Program-made: the position numbers and the translations under genes | Part shown: in pieces, positions 25,749 to 34,085 of the stretch | Position numbering within the stretch: the stretch's first letter is position 1 | How the letters are laid out: the number at the start of each line of letters is the position of its first letter | DNA from: an uncultured Verrucomicrobiae bacterium | GTDB lineage: Bacteria > Verrucomicrobiota > Verrucomicrobiia > Limisphaerales > UBA11358 | Direction of reading: 5' to 3' | DNA: 64,000 nucleotides | Assembly: GCA_963806905.1 (NCBI GenBank) | Contig: CAWEAA010000006.1 | Span: 13,640-77,639, forward strand | The notes under the pieces: model-generated | Database searches by the model: none | What the model was told of the DNA's origin: nothing | Seen by the model: only the letters and a program-made list of their open reading frames with translations

Positions 25749-26312
25749 TTATTTCCTCTGATACGTCCCCATCAACTGTCCTTCAGCCAGGACGTGTCCT
25801 TCCATAGCCTTGAGCAAATCCTTTTTCGTCACGGCGGGTTTGAGGTCGAGCACCCGGTCGAGCGCGTATAGCTTGAAAAAGTAGCGATGCGGTTTTCCTG
25901 GAGGCGGACACGGCCCGCCATAACCGAGCCGCCGAAAATCGTTCACCCCCTGTTTGGCATTGCCGGTGATGTTTTGGGTTTTGGCAACGTTCTCGGGTAA
26001 TGCGCTGCTGTCGGCGGGCAAATCATAAAGCACCCAGTGCACCCACGTGCCGACGGGCGCGTCCGGATCGTCGGCGATGAGGGCGAAACATCTGGTGTTC
26101 GCTGGCGCATTCGTCCATTGCAGCGGCGGCGATACGTCATTGCCGTCGCAGGTGTATTTTGCCGGAATCGGCTCGCCGTCGGCAAACGCGGCGCTGGTGA
26201 GCGATGTTTTCATAACGTGTCCTTTGGTGGCTTGGGGTTCCTGCGAGCAACCGGCGGTGACAAAGCCGGCCAGGAACATTGCGGTGAAAATCACTTTTCG
26301 TTGCGCGCCCAT
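25749..26312 (-). CDS. YbhB/YbcL-family PEBP lipoprotein
   Basis: 187 aa with lipobox VTAGC. PEBP motifs DDPDAPVGTWVHW and GGPCPPPGKPHRYFFKLYALD. Confidence 0.85.
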   Translation of the reverse strand: MGAQRKVIFTAMFLAGFVTAGCSQEPQATKGHVMKTSLTSAAFADGEPIPAKYTCDGNDVSPPLQWTNAPANTRCFALIADDPDAPVGTWVHWVLYDLPADSSALPENVAKTQNITGNAKQGVNDFRRLGYGGPCPPPGKPHRYFFKLYALDRVLDLKPAVTKKDLLKAMEGHVLAEGQLMGTYQRK

Positions 26313-26360
26313 GCCCTGTTTTTAACACGCCCCGGCGGATGAGACACGAAAATCTTCCCG

Positions 26361-29108
26361 TCACGGCGCGGACATCACGCGGTAGAATTTCACGGCGGAA
26401 TTTGTGGTGGCGTCGGTAAATTCAAACGCGCCGGTGGTGTTCGTGAGCGTGGTGAACGAACCCCACGCCGGGAGAACCGCCGTCGTTTGCAGCGTGTAAG
26501 TTCCCGTCAGGCCGCTCATCACGAGATTGATTTGATTGCCCGGCAGCAAGGTGATGGATTCAAATTTCAGCGGCGCGGCGTTGAAAAAATTCAGCATGTC
26601 CGCCATGTAAGCGTTGCGCACGCTGGCGCTGGTGACGGTCTCGAACGGAAATCCAAGATAGATGACCTTGCCGCCGCCCGCCGCACCGTTGTAGATGATT
26701 CCGGCCACGCCGCTGGTGAGGTTGCTGTAATTCACGCCCGCCGTTGCGCCGTTGGTGGGCGCAATCAAATCGGGATAGCCGACGAGATAAATTCCCTTCG
26801 AGCCGTCGTCAAAAGAGCCGTTCATGTTGCCGGCGAAAATCGAGTTGGTGACGGCGGTGAAATTCCAGACGCCGGAACTGTCGGCGACGTAAACGGCATG
26901 AAGCTGATTGTGGATGAAATTCTGATCAGCCGTCGTCGAGACGCCCGCGCGGCCCAAATCCCACGCGATTTCCGAGCCGGACGTGAAAAGATTTCTACCG
27001 GCGGCGAGGAACGCCGCGACTTTGGTCTCCTCCGCACTGCTGAAACTTTCATCGGCGGTGGATTCGTTGCCACACGCCCAGATGACGATGGGATAATTCG
27101 TCAGCGCAACGAGATCGTTGGTGATGGCGATGTGCTGGCAGGAATCAAAAGCCACGCCCGCCGCGCTGATGGCCTTGCCGTGCGGCACGACATAGTCGAA
27201 GGAATTGACGCGGCGCGGCAGCACGCGGTCATTGTTGCCGGAGCCGCCGGGCGGAACATAATTTTGCGCAACGAGAAACTGTTTCAGGTCCGTTGTGCGG
27301 TCAAAGCGGTCGAACGCATTCACAAAAAGAATTTTTGCTGACGTGCTAAACAGCGGCGGACGGCAGCCGACAACGGCGGACGGAAATGATTCGCCACCCG
27401 CGTTCGCCGCGGCCACGCGAAAATAATAATCCACGCCCGCCGTAAGATTCGTGATGGTAAAATTTGTCACGTTGCCAACCGAAATCGGGTTGCCGAAACC
27501 GTAGCCGTTCGTGGACTGGTAAATGATGTAGTTCGTCGGCGCGCCGCTGTTGGCGACGCTCACCGGCACCGCCCAGGCGAGCGAGACGATGCCATTGGTT
27601 TTGCCGATGGCGCGGACGTTCGCGGGCGGTTCGGGCAGGAAAATCAGCGGCACGGGATTGTTCGTGTCGAACTGGTTCATGTATTTGACGACCGCGTGCA
27701 TTGCAGCGCGGGCGATGGCGGCGCGTGCTTTCGAGTCGCACAACAGCGCGGCGTCGGTCGCATTGTCGTGATACGCCACCTCGATGATGGTGGCGTCCAT
27801 CACATTCACGAAGTTGTTGTTACTGATCTCGGCGTAGCCGCCGGAATAAGTGATGTTCGTGCCGTTGTCATACCAGGCAAATTCCAGCGGCGGCGAGCCA
27901 AGCGCAACCAGTTCGTCGTTGACGGTCTGGCCGCAAATTCGCGCGAGCGCGGCCTGATTCGGTGTCGGCACGCTGGTGATCAAGGCCTCGTCGCCGCGCG
28001 AAGTGCCGTTGGCGCTGGCGTTCGAGTGGAAACTGATGTGGATGCGCTTGAAAAACGAAGTGCCGTTCGTCTCGGTCATTTCAACCGACATGCGCGGCGG
28101 CGCATACCAACTGTCCTGCTCATCGGTGTAGCCGCTGATGTCGTAAAGCGAAGTGGACTGGCCCTGGGCGAGATTATATTGAATCCAGTAGCGGCAGCTT
28201 TCCTCTTCGCGCGGATAACCGGACACGCCGCCGCCGCGATCAATCGAGCCCATGCCGTCGCCAAAACGAATCGCATCGGCGATGACCACGGAACCGTTGG
28301 TCGAACTGCGCAAATTGCTGATGATGACGGAGCCGTTCGCGGAATTTGAACCGGCGTTGAAATAGTATTCGCCGAGATAAACCCAGCCGTTGCCGACCAG
28401 ATAATGCGGCACACGATACTGCGATTCGCCGCCGGTGTGGCGGATGCGGTAAAGCTGGTCGCCGCGATCCGAGCCATGACGAACCCAGGTATAGACCGGA
28501 TAATAACCGGGGACGGGGATCGTCGGGGTATAAGTCGCCGTGGCTGATTCAGTGTTGTCGAACGCGGCGTAGCGATACGGCACGTCGCCGGGCTTGCCGA
28601 AATAGACTGTCGAAGTGCTATCGCTCCACGCGCCGGCGAACGTGACGCCCGCGTCCACGTTGTCAATCACCACTTCGTTGGTCTGTTGGCCGAGCGGGCG
28701 CATCGAGGCGACAATCGCCCCGGCGTTGAAACAGTAGGCGGCGAAAAAATTCAACTGGTCGAGATTGCCGTAATCCTCGTTCATTGAATTCAATGCCACG
28801 GGCCGTTGCAAATTCCAGCCGTTCGTATACCACGTCCAGCCGTGGCCGGAGTTCATGAACACCACGCGACCCGATAGTGCGCCCGACGGCTGATGCGCGG
28901 AAGGCACGACCGGACTGAACGCCGGAGTTACCGGGGGAAATTGCTGCGCCGATTTCGCCGGCACCGGCTCGCTCCATTCCGGCGTGGTGGAAAAGTCATG
29001 CCATGAAGTGTCATCGCCGACCTGGTCGGTCGGGTCCTCCCCGGCGCGGGCGAGGCCCGCGCACGCAGCCAGCGCGATGGCGGCAAGGCGAACGGTGCGG
29101 GGCATCAT
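26361..29108 (-). CDS. Large secreted N-acetylmuramoyl-L-alanine amidase-domain protein with FN3 domain
   Basis: 915 aa with a signal peptide. Amidase_3-like blocks (VVFMNSGHGW, ISFHSNA, EVAYHDN), an FN3 unit (..YYFRVAAANAGGES) and further C-terminal beta domains. Confidence 0.7.
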   Translation of the reverse strand: MMPRTVRLAAIALAACAGLARAGEDPTDQVGDDTSWHDFSTTPEWSEPVPAKSAQQFPPVTPAFSPVVPSAHQPSGALSGRVVFMNSGHGWTWYTNGWNLQRPVALNSMNEDYGNLDQLNFFAAYCFNAGAIVASMRPLGQQTNEVVIDNVDAGVTFAGAWSDSTSTVYFGKPGDVPYRYAAFDNTESATATYTPTIPVPGYYPVYTWVRHGSDRGDQLYRIRHTGGESQYRVPHYLVGNGWVYLGEYYFNAGSNSANGSVIISNLRSSTNGSVVIADAIRFGDGMGSIDRGGGVSGYPREEESCRYWIQYNLAQGQSTSLYDISGYTDEQDSWYAPPRMSVEMTETNGTSFFKRIHISFHSNASANGTSRGDEALITSVPTPNQAALARICGQTVNDELVALGSPPLEFAWYDNGTNITYSGGYAEISNNNFVNVMDATIIEVAYHDNATDAALLCDSKARAAIARAAMHAVVKYMNQFDTNNPVPLIFLPEPPANVRAIGKTNGIVSLAWAVPVSVANSGAPTNYIIYQSTNGYGFGNPISVGNVTNFTITNLTAGVDYYFRVAAANAGGESFPSAVVGCRPPLFSTSAKILFVNAFDRFDRTTDLKQFLVAQNYVPPGGSGNNDRVLPRRVNSFDYVVPHGKAISAAGVAFDSCQHIAITNDLVALTNYPIVIWACGNESTADESFSSAEETKVAAFLAAGRNLFTSGSEIAWDLGRAGVSTTADQNFIHNQLHAVYVADSSGVWNFTAVTNSIFAGNMNGSFDDGSKGIYLVGYPDLIAPTNGATAGVNYSNLTSGVAGIIYNGAAGGGKVIYLGFPFETVTSASVRNAYMADMLNFFNAAPLKFESITLLPGNQINLVMSGLTGTYTLQTTAVLPAWGSFTTLTNTTGAFEFTDATTNSAVKFYRVMSAP

Positions 29109-29180
29109 GACCCAACTGTGGCACTTTTTTGACGCGGCCGCAAATGGTTTGCATACCGGGTGGCGTCCTGATGGGTTCGG

Positions 29181-30101
29181 TTATGCCCGTGGATGAAACT
29201 TGCGGTGAATGTCACGCAGCCGTTGGCCCGTGACGTGCGTGTAAATTTCCGTCGTGCTGATGTTTGCATGGCCGAGCAGTTCCTGAATCACCCGCAAATC
29301 CGCGCCGTGCTCCAGCAGGTGCGTGGCGAAGCTGTGCCGCAACATGTGCGGCGTGATGTTGCGCGCCACTCCGGCGCGGCGAACCCGATTTTTGATTCGC
29401 AGCCAGAGCGTCACCGCTGCGAACGGCGTGCCGCGTTTCGTCAAAAAAACATTCGCTGGCGAACGCGGCGTGACGAGCTTGGGCCGCCCGGTTTCGAGGT
29501 AGCGATTCAACGCTTCAACCGCTTTGCGACCGACCGGCACGACGCGTTCCTTGTTGCCTTTGCCGATGACGTTGATGAAGCCGGCCTCGAGATGAAGTTG
29601 TTCCAGCCGCAGGTTGCGCAGTTCCGCCAGCCGCAAGCCGGAAGCATAGGCGAGTTCGAGAATGGCCTGGTCGCACAAAATTTCCGGCGTTTCCGGCGGT
29701 TCGGGAGTGAGTAGTTTGACGATCTCCTCGTTCGTCAGCGCTTTCGGCAAACGTTTCCACCGGCGCGGCAAAGACAGATTTTCCGCGACATTCACCGGCA
29801 AAAGTTTTTCCGTCTCGGCGAAGCGATAAAACGCCCGCAGCGCGGCGATTTCCAGATAGACACTCTCGCTGCTCAAACGCCTGGTGGACTCTTTGGGTTC
29901 ATCCACCAGCGGGCGCTCGCGTTCATGCTGGAGAAAGGCCATGAGATGTTTCAGCTCGACCTGTTTCCAGTCGTTCAACCCCTGTTTGCCGGCCCAAGCG
30001 ATGAATTTGCCGAGCAGCGCGGCGTAGGTTTTCTGCGTGTGCTCCGCCTGCCCGCGTTCGTGGCGCAGGTATTGTAGAAAATCTTCGACCAAATTTTGCA
30101 T
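29181..30101 (-). CDS. XerC/XerD-family tyrosine recombinase
   Basis: 306 aa. Catalytic region HMLRHSFATHLLEHGADLRVIQELLGHANISTTEIYTHV. Confidence 0.88.
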   Translation of the reverse strand: MQNLVEDFLQYLRHERGQAEHTQKTYAALLGKFIAWAGKQGLNDWKQVELKHLMAFLQHERERPLVDEPKESTRRLSSESVYLEIAALRAFYRFAETEKLLPVNVAENLSLPRRWKRLPKALTNEEIVKLLTPEPPETPEILCDQAILELAYASGLRLAELRNLRLEQLHLEAGFINVIGKGNKERVVPVGRKAVEALNRYLETGRPKLVTPRSPANVFLTKRGTPFAAVTLWLRIKNRVRRAGVARNITPHMLRHSFATHLLEHGADLRVIQELLGHANISTTEIYTHVTGQRLRDIHRKFHPRA

Positions 30102-30145
30102 GGTTCAAAATGCGGCAATAGCTTCCAGCCTGTGAACGCCCGCGA

Positions 30146-30223
30146 CGTAGCGGCTTTTGCCAGAAAGCCGCAAGCTCTCTGGCTTGTCAGAACAAGTTTC
30201 CGGCGGTCGGCCGACCGCCGCTA
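30146..30223. repeat. GTAGCGGC...GCCGCTAC composite palindromic element (intergenic copy)
   Basis: Outer arms gtagcggc / gccgctac enclose the hairpins gcggcttt-tgccag-aaagccgc and cttgt-caga-acaag and the perfect palindrome ggcggtcggccgaccgcc. Confidence 0.8.
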
Positions 30224-30227
30224 CGAA

Positions 30228-31124
30228 TTAAAGCTTTCTTCCCGTCAGCCGCTCGTAGGCTTCAAGATATTTCGCGCTGGTTTTGGCGATGACCTCCGGC
30301 GGCAGCACCGGGCCGGGCGGGGTTTTGTCCCAATCCAGCGTTTCGAGGTAGTCGCGGACGAATTGTTTGTCGAAGCTCGGCTGGCCCTTGCCCGGCGCGT
30401 ATTGGTCAGCCGGCCAGAACCGCGAGGAATCCGGCGTCAGCACCTCGTCAATCAGGATGAGCTTCCCGTTGTCCAAACCGAATTCGAACTTGGTGTCGGC
30501 GATGATGATGCCGCGCTGGCGCGCGTAATCGCGGGCGAAATTGTAAATCTTCAGGCTCGCCGCGCGGGCCTGCCCGGCCATGTCGTCACCAACGATTCGC
30601 TTTGCCCGTTCGAACGAAATGTTTTCGTCGTGGCCGGTCTCGGCTTTTGTGGCGGGCGTGAAAATCGGTTCGGGCAGTTCGCTGGATTCCTTCAAGCCGG
30701 GCGGCAGTTTGATGCCGCAGACGGTCTGCGATTTCTGGTATTCCTTCCAGCCCGAACCGGCCAGATAGCCGCGCACGACGCATTCGATGGCGAGCGGTTT
30801 CGCCTTTTTCACAATCATGCTGCGGCCGGCAAGCTGGTCGGCGAACGGCTGGAGATTTTTCGGCAACGGCTCGCTTTCCGGGACGCGGGAGATGAAGTGG
30901 TTCGGCTGGAACGATTCCGTTTGCGCAAACCAGAAATAGGAAATCTGTGTCAGCACCTCGCCCTTGCGCGGGATGCCGTTGGGCATGATGACGTCGAAGG
31001 CGGAGATGCGGTCGGTGGCGACGAAGAGCAGGCGGTCGCCCAGATCAAAAATCTCCCGCACCTTGCCGCTCTTGAGTTTTTTGATGCCCGGTAAATCGAG
31101 TTGCAGTATCGGTTCGTTTGCCAT
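30228..31124 (-). CDS. purC: SAICAR synthetase
   Basis: 298 aa. N-terminal [16 protein letters not shown] motif and long-form PurC organisation. Confidence 0.9.
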   Translation of the reverse strand: MANEPILQLDLPGIKKLKSGKVREIFDLGDRLLFVATDRISAFDVIMPNGIPRKGEVLTQISYFWFAQTESFQPNHFISRVPESEPLPKNLQPFADQLAGRSMIVKKAKPLAIECVVRGYLAGSGWKEYQKSQTVCGIKLPPGLKESSELPEPIFTPATKAETGHDENISFERAKRIVGDDMAGQARAASLKIYNFARDYARQRGIIIADTKFEFGLDNGKLILIDEVLTPDSSRFWPADQYAPGKGQPSFDKQFVRDYLETLDWDKTPPGPVLPPEVIAKTSAKYLEAYERLTGRKL

Positions 31125-31179
31125 GCGCGCATTATTAAAGTCCCAAGTCCGAAGTTAAAAGTCCAAAGTCGCAATGTTG

Positions 31180-31228
31180 GAGTTCAAGCATCAGCTTGCC
31201 CGACGTAAACAAGCTGAAGCTTGAACTC
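31180..31228. repeat. 19-bp-stem hairpin downstream of ORF 31234-31638
   Basis: Sequence gagttcaagcatcagcttg-cccgacgtaaa-caagctgaagcttgaactc (18/19 complementary). Confidence 0.85.
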
Positions 31229-31233
31229 TAACT

Positions 31234-31638
31234 TCAAGTCACCGCGCGCTGGATGAGTTTGACCAGGAGCGGGATGCTCGCCTGCGATTGGTCGTCAAGC
31301 CGGATGTCCACGGAATACAAGCCCGCCTCGGCGAATCTCAATTGCTGGATGTTCACGACGAAATTGCGCGTGATAAAATGCGCGTCTTCGGGCAGCGCCA
31401 CCGCCACGGGGACATCAATGGGCGGCATGATGGAACGGCCGTCGGCGTTGATGAAATTCAGCGCGAGCTTGTGCTGGCCTTCGTCGCCGGCGGTAAAGGT
31501 GACGCGCAACGCCACGGCGCATTGGGGATGGACGGCGGGGAGTTGCGGCGCGTAAATCGTATCGAACGAGCCGAGCAGGTTGAGCTTGCCGTTGTCGTCC
31601 GTCGCGGCGTCGCACAGAACGGCTACTTGAATGTTCAT
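31234..31638 (-). CDS. Conserved hypothetical protein (beta-rich)
   Basis: ORF is open to 31797; the ATG at 31638 gives MNIQVAVLCDAATDDNGKLNLLGSFDTIY (134 aa). Divergent from padR. No motif I can name with confidence. Confidence 0.55.
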   Translation of the reverse strand: MNIQVAVLCDAATDDNGKLNLLGSFDTIYAPQLPAVHPQCAVALRVTFTAGDEGQHKLALNFINADGRSIMPPIDVPVAVALPEDAHFITRNFVVNIQQLRFAEAGLYSVDIRLDDQSQASIPLLVKLIQRAVT

Positions 31639-31700
31639 GGCGAGATAAAGACACGAATCGCGCGAATTGGCACGCATTTCTTTTATTTCGATTTTTCCGC

Positions 31701-31729
31701 TTGACATACCTACTAACTCTATGTATCGT
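31701..31729 (+). promoter_or_regulatory. Candidate sigma70-type promoter giving a leaderless padR mRNA
   Basis: TTGACA (31701-31706), a 17-nt spacer, then TATCGT (31724-31729). The A of the ATG at 31736 lies 7 nt after the -10. An AT-rich stretch lies upstream. Confidence 0.3.
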
Positions 31730-31735
31730 GTCTCT

Positions 31736-32068
31736 ATGATTCGAAAAGAACTGGTCGCGGCGTCGGCGGAACCGCTGATTTTGTCGCTGCTCGCCAAGGG
31801 CGAGAGTTACGGTTACGCCATCATTCAGGAAGTCAAAGCCCGGTCCGGCGGCAAGCTGCAATGGACGGACGGGATGCTTTACCCGGTTTTGCACCGGATG
31901 GAGCACCGGGGGTTGATCAAGTCGCGCTGGGCGGAAAGCGAGACCGGGCGGAAGCGGAAATACTACTCGCTAAAAAAAGATGGCAAGATGGCGATGGCCA
32001 GGCATCACGAACAATGGTCGCTCGTTCATGGCGTTCTGTCCGGCCTGCGAAAGGAACAATATGTTTGA
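31736..32068 (+). CDS. PadR-family transcriptional regulator
   Basis: 110 aa with the wHTH pattern LILSLLAKGESYGYAIIQEV....W..GMLYPVLHRMEHRGLI. An ATG at 31721 is an alternative start. Confidence 0.88.
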   Translation: MIRKELVAASAEPLILSLLAKGESYGYAIIQEVKARSGGKLQWTDGMLYPVLHRMEHRGLIKSRWAESETGRKRKYYSLKKDGKMAMARHHEQWSLVHGVLSGLRKEQYV

Positions 32069-32888
32069 CCTCGAACAATCAATCGCGGACTGGCGAAGGC
32101 AAATGCTCGCCGCCGGCATCCAAACCCCCGTGCCACTGGAGGAATTGGAAAGCCATTTACAGGAGGACATCGCCAAGCTCTTAAAGGCGGGAAAATCAGA
32201 AGCCGAAGCATTTAAGATCGCCGTCTCACGCGTAGGAAATCCCGGCACTGTGGCGACCGAATTCAGAAAATCAGACGGCGCTGCGGCCACACCTCTGATC
32301 ATCGGCTGGCTGGTCTGGGCAGGCGCGTGTGCCTTGTTGCTAGCAGCGTTGTTTGAGAAGTTGTTTAGCGGTAAACTGAGCCTTCTCCTTGTTACGCACA
32401 TTTTCACTTTGACCGCCGGCTATGGCGCAGCATTTCTAGCCGGTGGTTTCGGCATTTATTACGTTTACTGCTGGCGATTCCGAGACTCATCGTCGGCACG
32501 GGAACAAGTTTTGAGCCGTGCAACGTTTCTATTCACTCAACTTGCCGCCGCCCTTGTTGCTGTGGGTTTTGTCTTGGGAGTGTTCTGGAGCCATCAGAAT
32601 CGCGGGCAATATCTCACTGGCGACCCGCGTGAAATCGGAGCAGCAGTTGCTGCTGTCTGGCTCCTCGCTTTGTTGATGATTCAACGAGTCGGCCTATTAC
32701 GCGACCGCGTTGCACTGCTGTTGAGCATTGTCGGTAATATGATTGTCGGCTTTGCCTGGTTTGGCGCGGGCAGTATGGCTCATGGTTATGGAATTGGAGG
32801 CTATTGGCCACTTAATGTTGTCTTGGGCGCGCATCTCCTTTTCCTAGCGATTGGAATTATACCCATGAAGGAAGCGACCGAAGCATAG
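32061..32888 (+). CDS. Membrane protein: PadR-associated N-terminal helical domain fused to a degenerate CcsA/ResC-like domain
   Basis: 275 aa; overlaps the padR stop by 8 nt. N-terminus MFDLEQSIADWRRQMLAAG. The C-terminal block GVFWSHQNRGQYLTGDPREIGAAV parallels the W-rich WGxYWxWDPKE heme-handling motif, but most of the Trp residues are lost. Confidence 0.6.
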   Translation: MFDLEQSIADWRRQMLAAGIQTPVPLEELESHLQEDIAKLLKAGKSEAEAFKIAVSRVGNPGTVATEFRKSDGAAATPLIIGWLVWAGACALLLAALFEKLFSGKLSLLLVTHIFTLTAGYGAAFLAGGFGIYYVYCWRFRDSSSAREQVLSRATFLFTQLAAALVAVGFVLGVFWSHQNRGQYLTGDPREIGAAVAAVWLLALLMIQRVGLLRDRVALLLSIVGNMIVGFAWFGAGSMAHGYGIGGYWPLNVVLGAHLLFLAIGIIPMKEATEA

Positions 32889-32903
32889 AATAAGAGGGCT
32901 AGA

Positions 32904-33326
32904 ATATTTGATCTCGAACAAGCCATCGCCGACTGGCGGCAACAAATGCTGGCCGCCGGAGTCAAAACGCCCGTGCCGTTGGAAGAACTGGAAAGCCATC
33001 TGCGTGAGGAAATCGAACAGCAGATGAAAGCGGGATTAAACGTGCAACAGGCTTTTGAGATTGCCGTTCGAGAAATTGGAAAACCCGGAATGCTCAAGAG
33101 AGAATTCAAAAAAGTGGAAAGGACGCTTATGAAACGAATTGCGATTATCCTACTGGGAATTTTCGGGGTCTTGTTCGGTCCTGGCATCGTCCTCCCGGCG
33201 CTCGCCAAGCACCGGGATTTGGGGGTGTGGAACAGTGACATAATGACGCCCATTGTGTTGGGAACCATCATCACCCTCGTCGGCTTGGGCGTGGCTGTCG
33301 TCGGCTTTAAACGGCACAAAGCCTGA
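32904..33326 (+). CDS. Paralogous PadR-associated sensor-like membrane protein (probable ATA start)
   Basis: The first ATG is at 32946, but the frame is open from 32889, and IFDLEQAIADWRQQ aligns with the paralog N-terminus. AAGAGGG lies 5 nt upstream of the ATA at 32904. Two C-terminal TM helices. Confidence 0.55.
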   Translation: MFDLEQAIADWRQQMLAAGVKTPVPLEELESHLREEIEQQMKAGLNVQQAFEIAVREIGKPGMLKREFKKVERTLMKRIAIILLGIFGVLFGPGIVLPALAKHRDLGVWNSDIMTPIVLGTIITLVGLGVAVVGFKRHKA

Positions 33327-34085
33327 TTACGCGCCTCGCGAAAGTTTTGCGAAGATTTGGCCGGCTTCTTCGAGCGTCTCCTTGGAGCCGATGTCGAACC
33401 AGATGCCCGGCACGCGCCAGGTGTAAACCGGCGTGCGCGAGTAAAGCCATTGCACGAGGCGTCCGGGTTGGTCGGGATTGTTGCCCTCGGCGATGTATTG
33501 CTTGATGAGCGGGATCGTGGACTTGGGATAATAATACAGCGCGATGCCGGTGAGCGTGCTGGTCGGGTTCTTCGGCTTTTCCTCGAAGAACGTGATGCGA
33601 CCGTTGCCGTCCACGGAAATGGAGTTGTACTTTTTGATTTGTTCCAGGTCGCCCACGTCGTAAAGCGCAAGCACCGGCGCCTCTTTCTCCCGGCAGATTT
33701 TGCCGAAGCCGCCCAGCTTCTCGCTGAACAGATTATCGCCGGCCACCACAATCAAATCGTCCTCCACGTTCTGCGTTTTGAGGACATAATGAATATCGCC
33801 GATGGCGCCGAGTTTGTTCGAGTCGCCGGTTGAACCGTCGTTGACGATGGTGAAGTTCAGTTTCATCCGGGAGGCGCGATAATGGTCCGACCATTTCTGG
33901 AAATGGCTGGCGAACTTGGCGTTGGTCACGACGTAAATCCGGTCAATACCGCCGATGGGTGCGAGGTTGTCGAGGACGTATTCAATCATCGGCCGGCCGG
34001 CCACCGGCAGCAGCGGTTTGGGTTGTGTCAGAGTGAGTGGATACAGCCGCGTCGCGTATCCGGCGGCGAGGATGATGACTTTCAT
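33327..34085 (-). CDS. Sugar-phosphate nucleotidyltransferase
   Basis: 252 aa. N-terminal MKVIILAAGYATRLYPLTLTQPKPLLPV motif (NTP_transferase family). Confidence 0.85.
   Translation of the reverse strand: MKVIILAAGYATRLYPLTLTQPKPLLPVAGRPMIEYVLDNLAPIGGIDRIYVVTNAKFASHFQKWSDHYRASRMKLNFTIVNDGSTGDSNKLGAIGDIHYVLKTQNVEDDLIVVAGDNLFSEKLGGFGKICREKEAPVLALYDVGDLEQIKKYNSISVDGNGRITFFEEKPKNPTSTLTGIALYYYPKSTIPLIKQYIAEGNNPDQPGRLVQWLYSRTPVYTWRVPGIWFDIGSKETLEEAGQIFAKLSRGA

Noticed and set aside
29181-30101. Tyrosine recombinase as the integrase of a mobile element
   Set aside because: Its sequence and length fit housekeeping XerC/XerD. Flanking genes are core (purC, an amidase) with native composition. The nearby palindrome at 30146-30223 belongs to a dispersed repeat family and is not an att site pair.
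32801-33751. 316-aa minus-strand ORF spanning the PadR-associated paralog and the nucleotidyltransferase 3' region
   Set aside because: It is Arg/Ser/Pro-rich and motif-free. It overlaps a plus-strand gene that has clear paralog support and, in another frame, the minus-strand nucleotidyltransferase gene.
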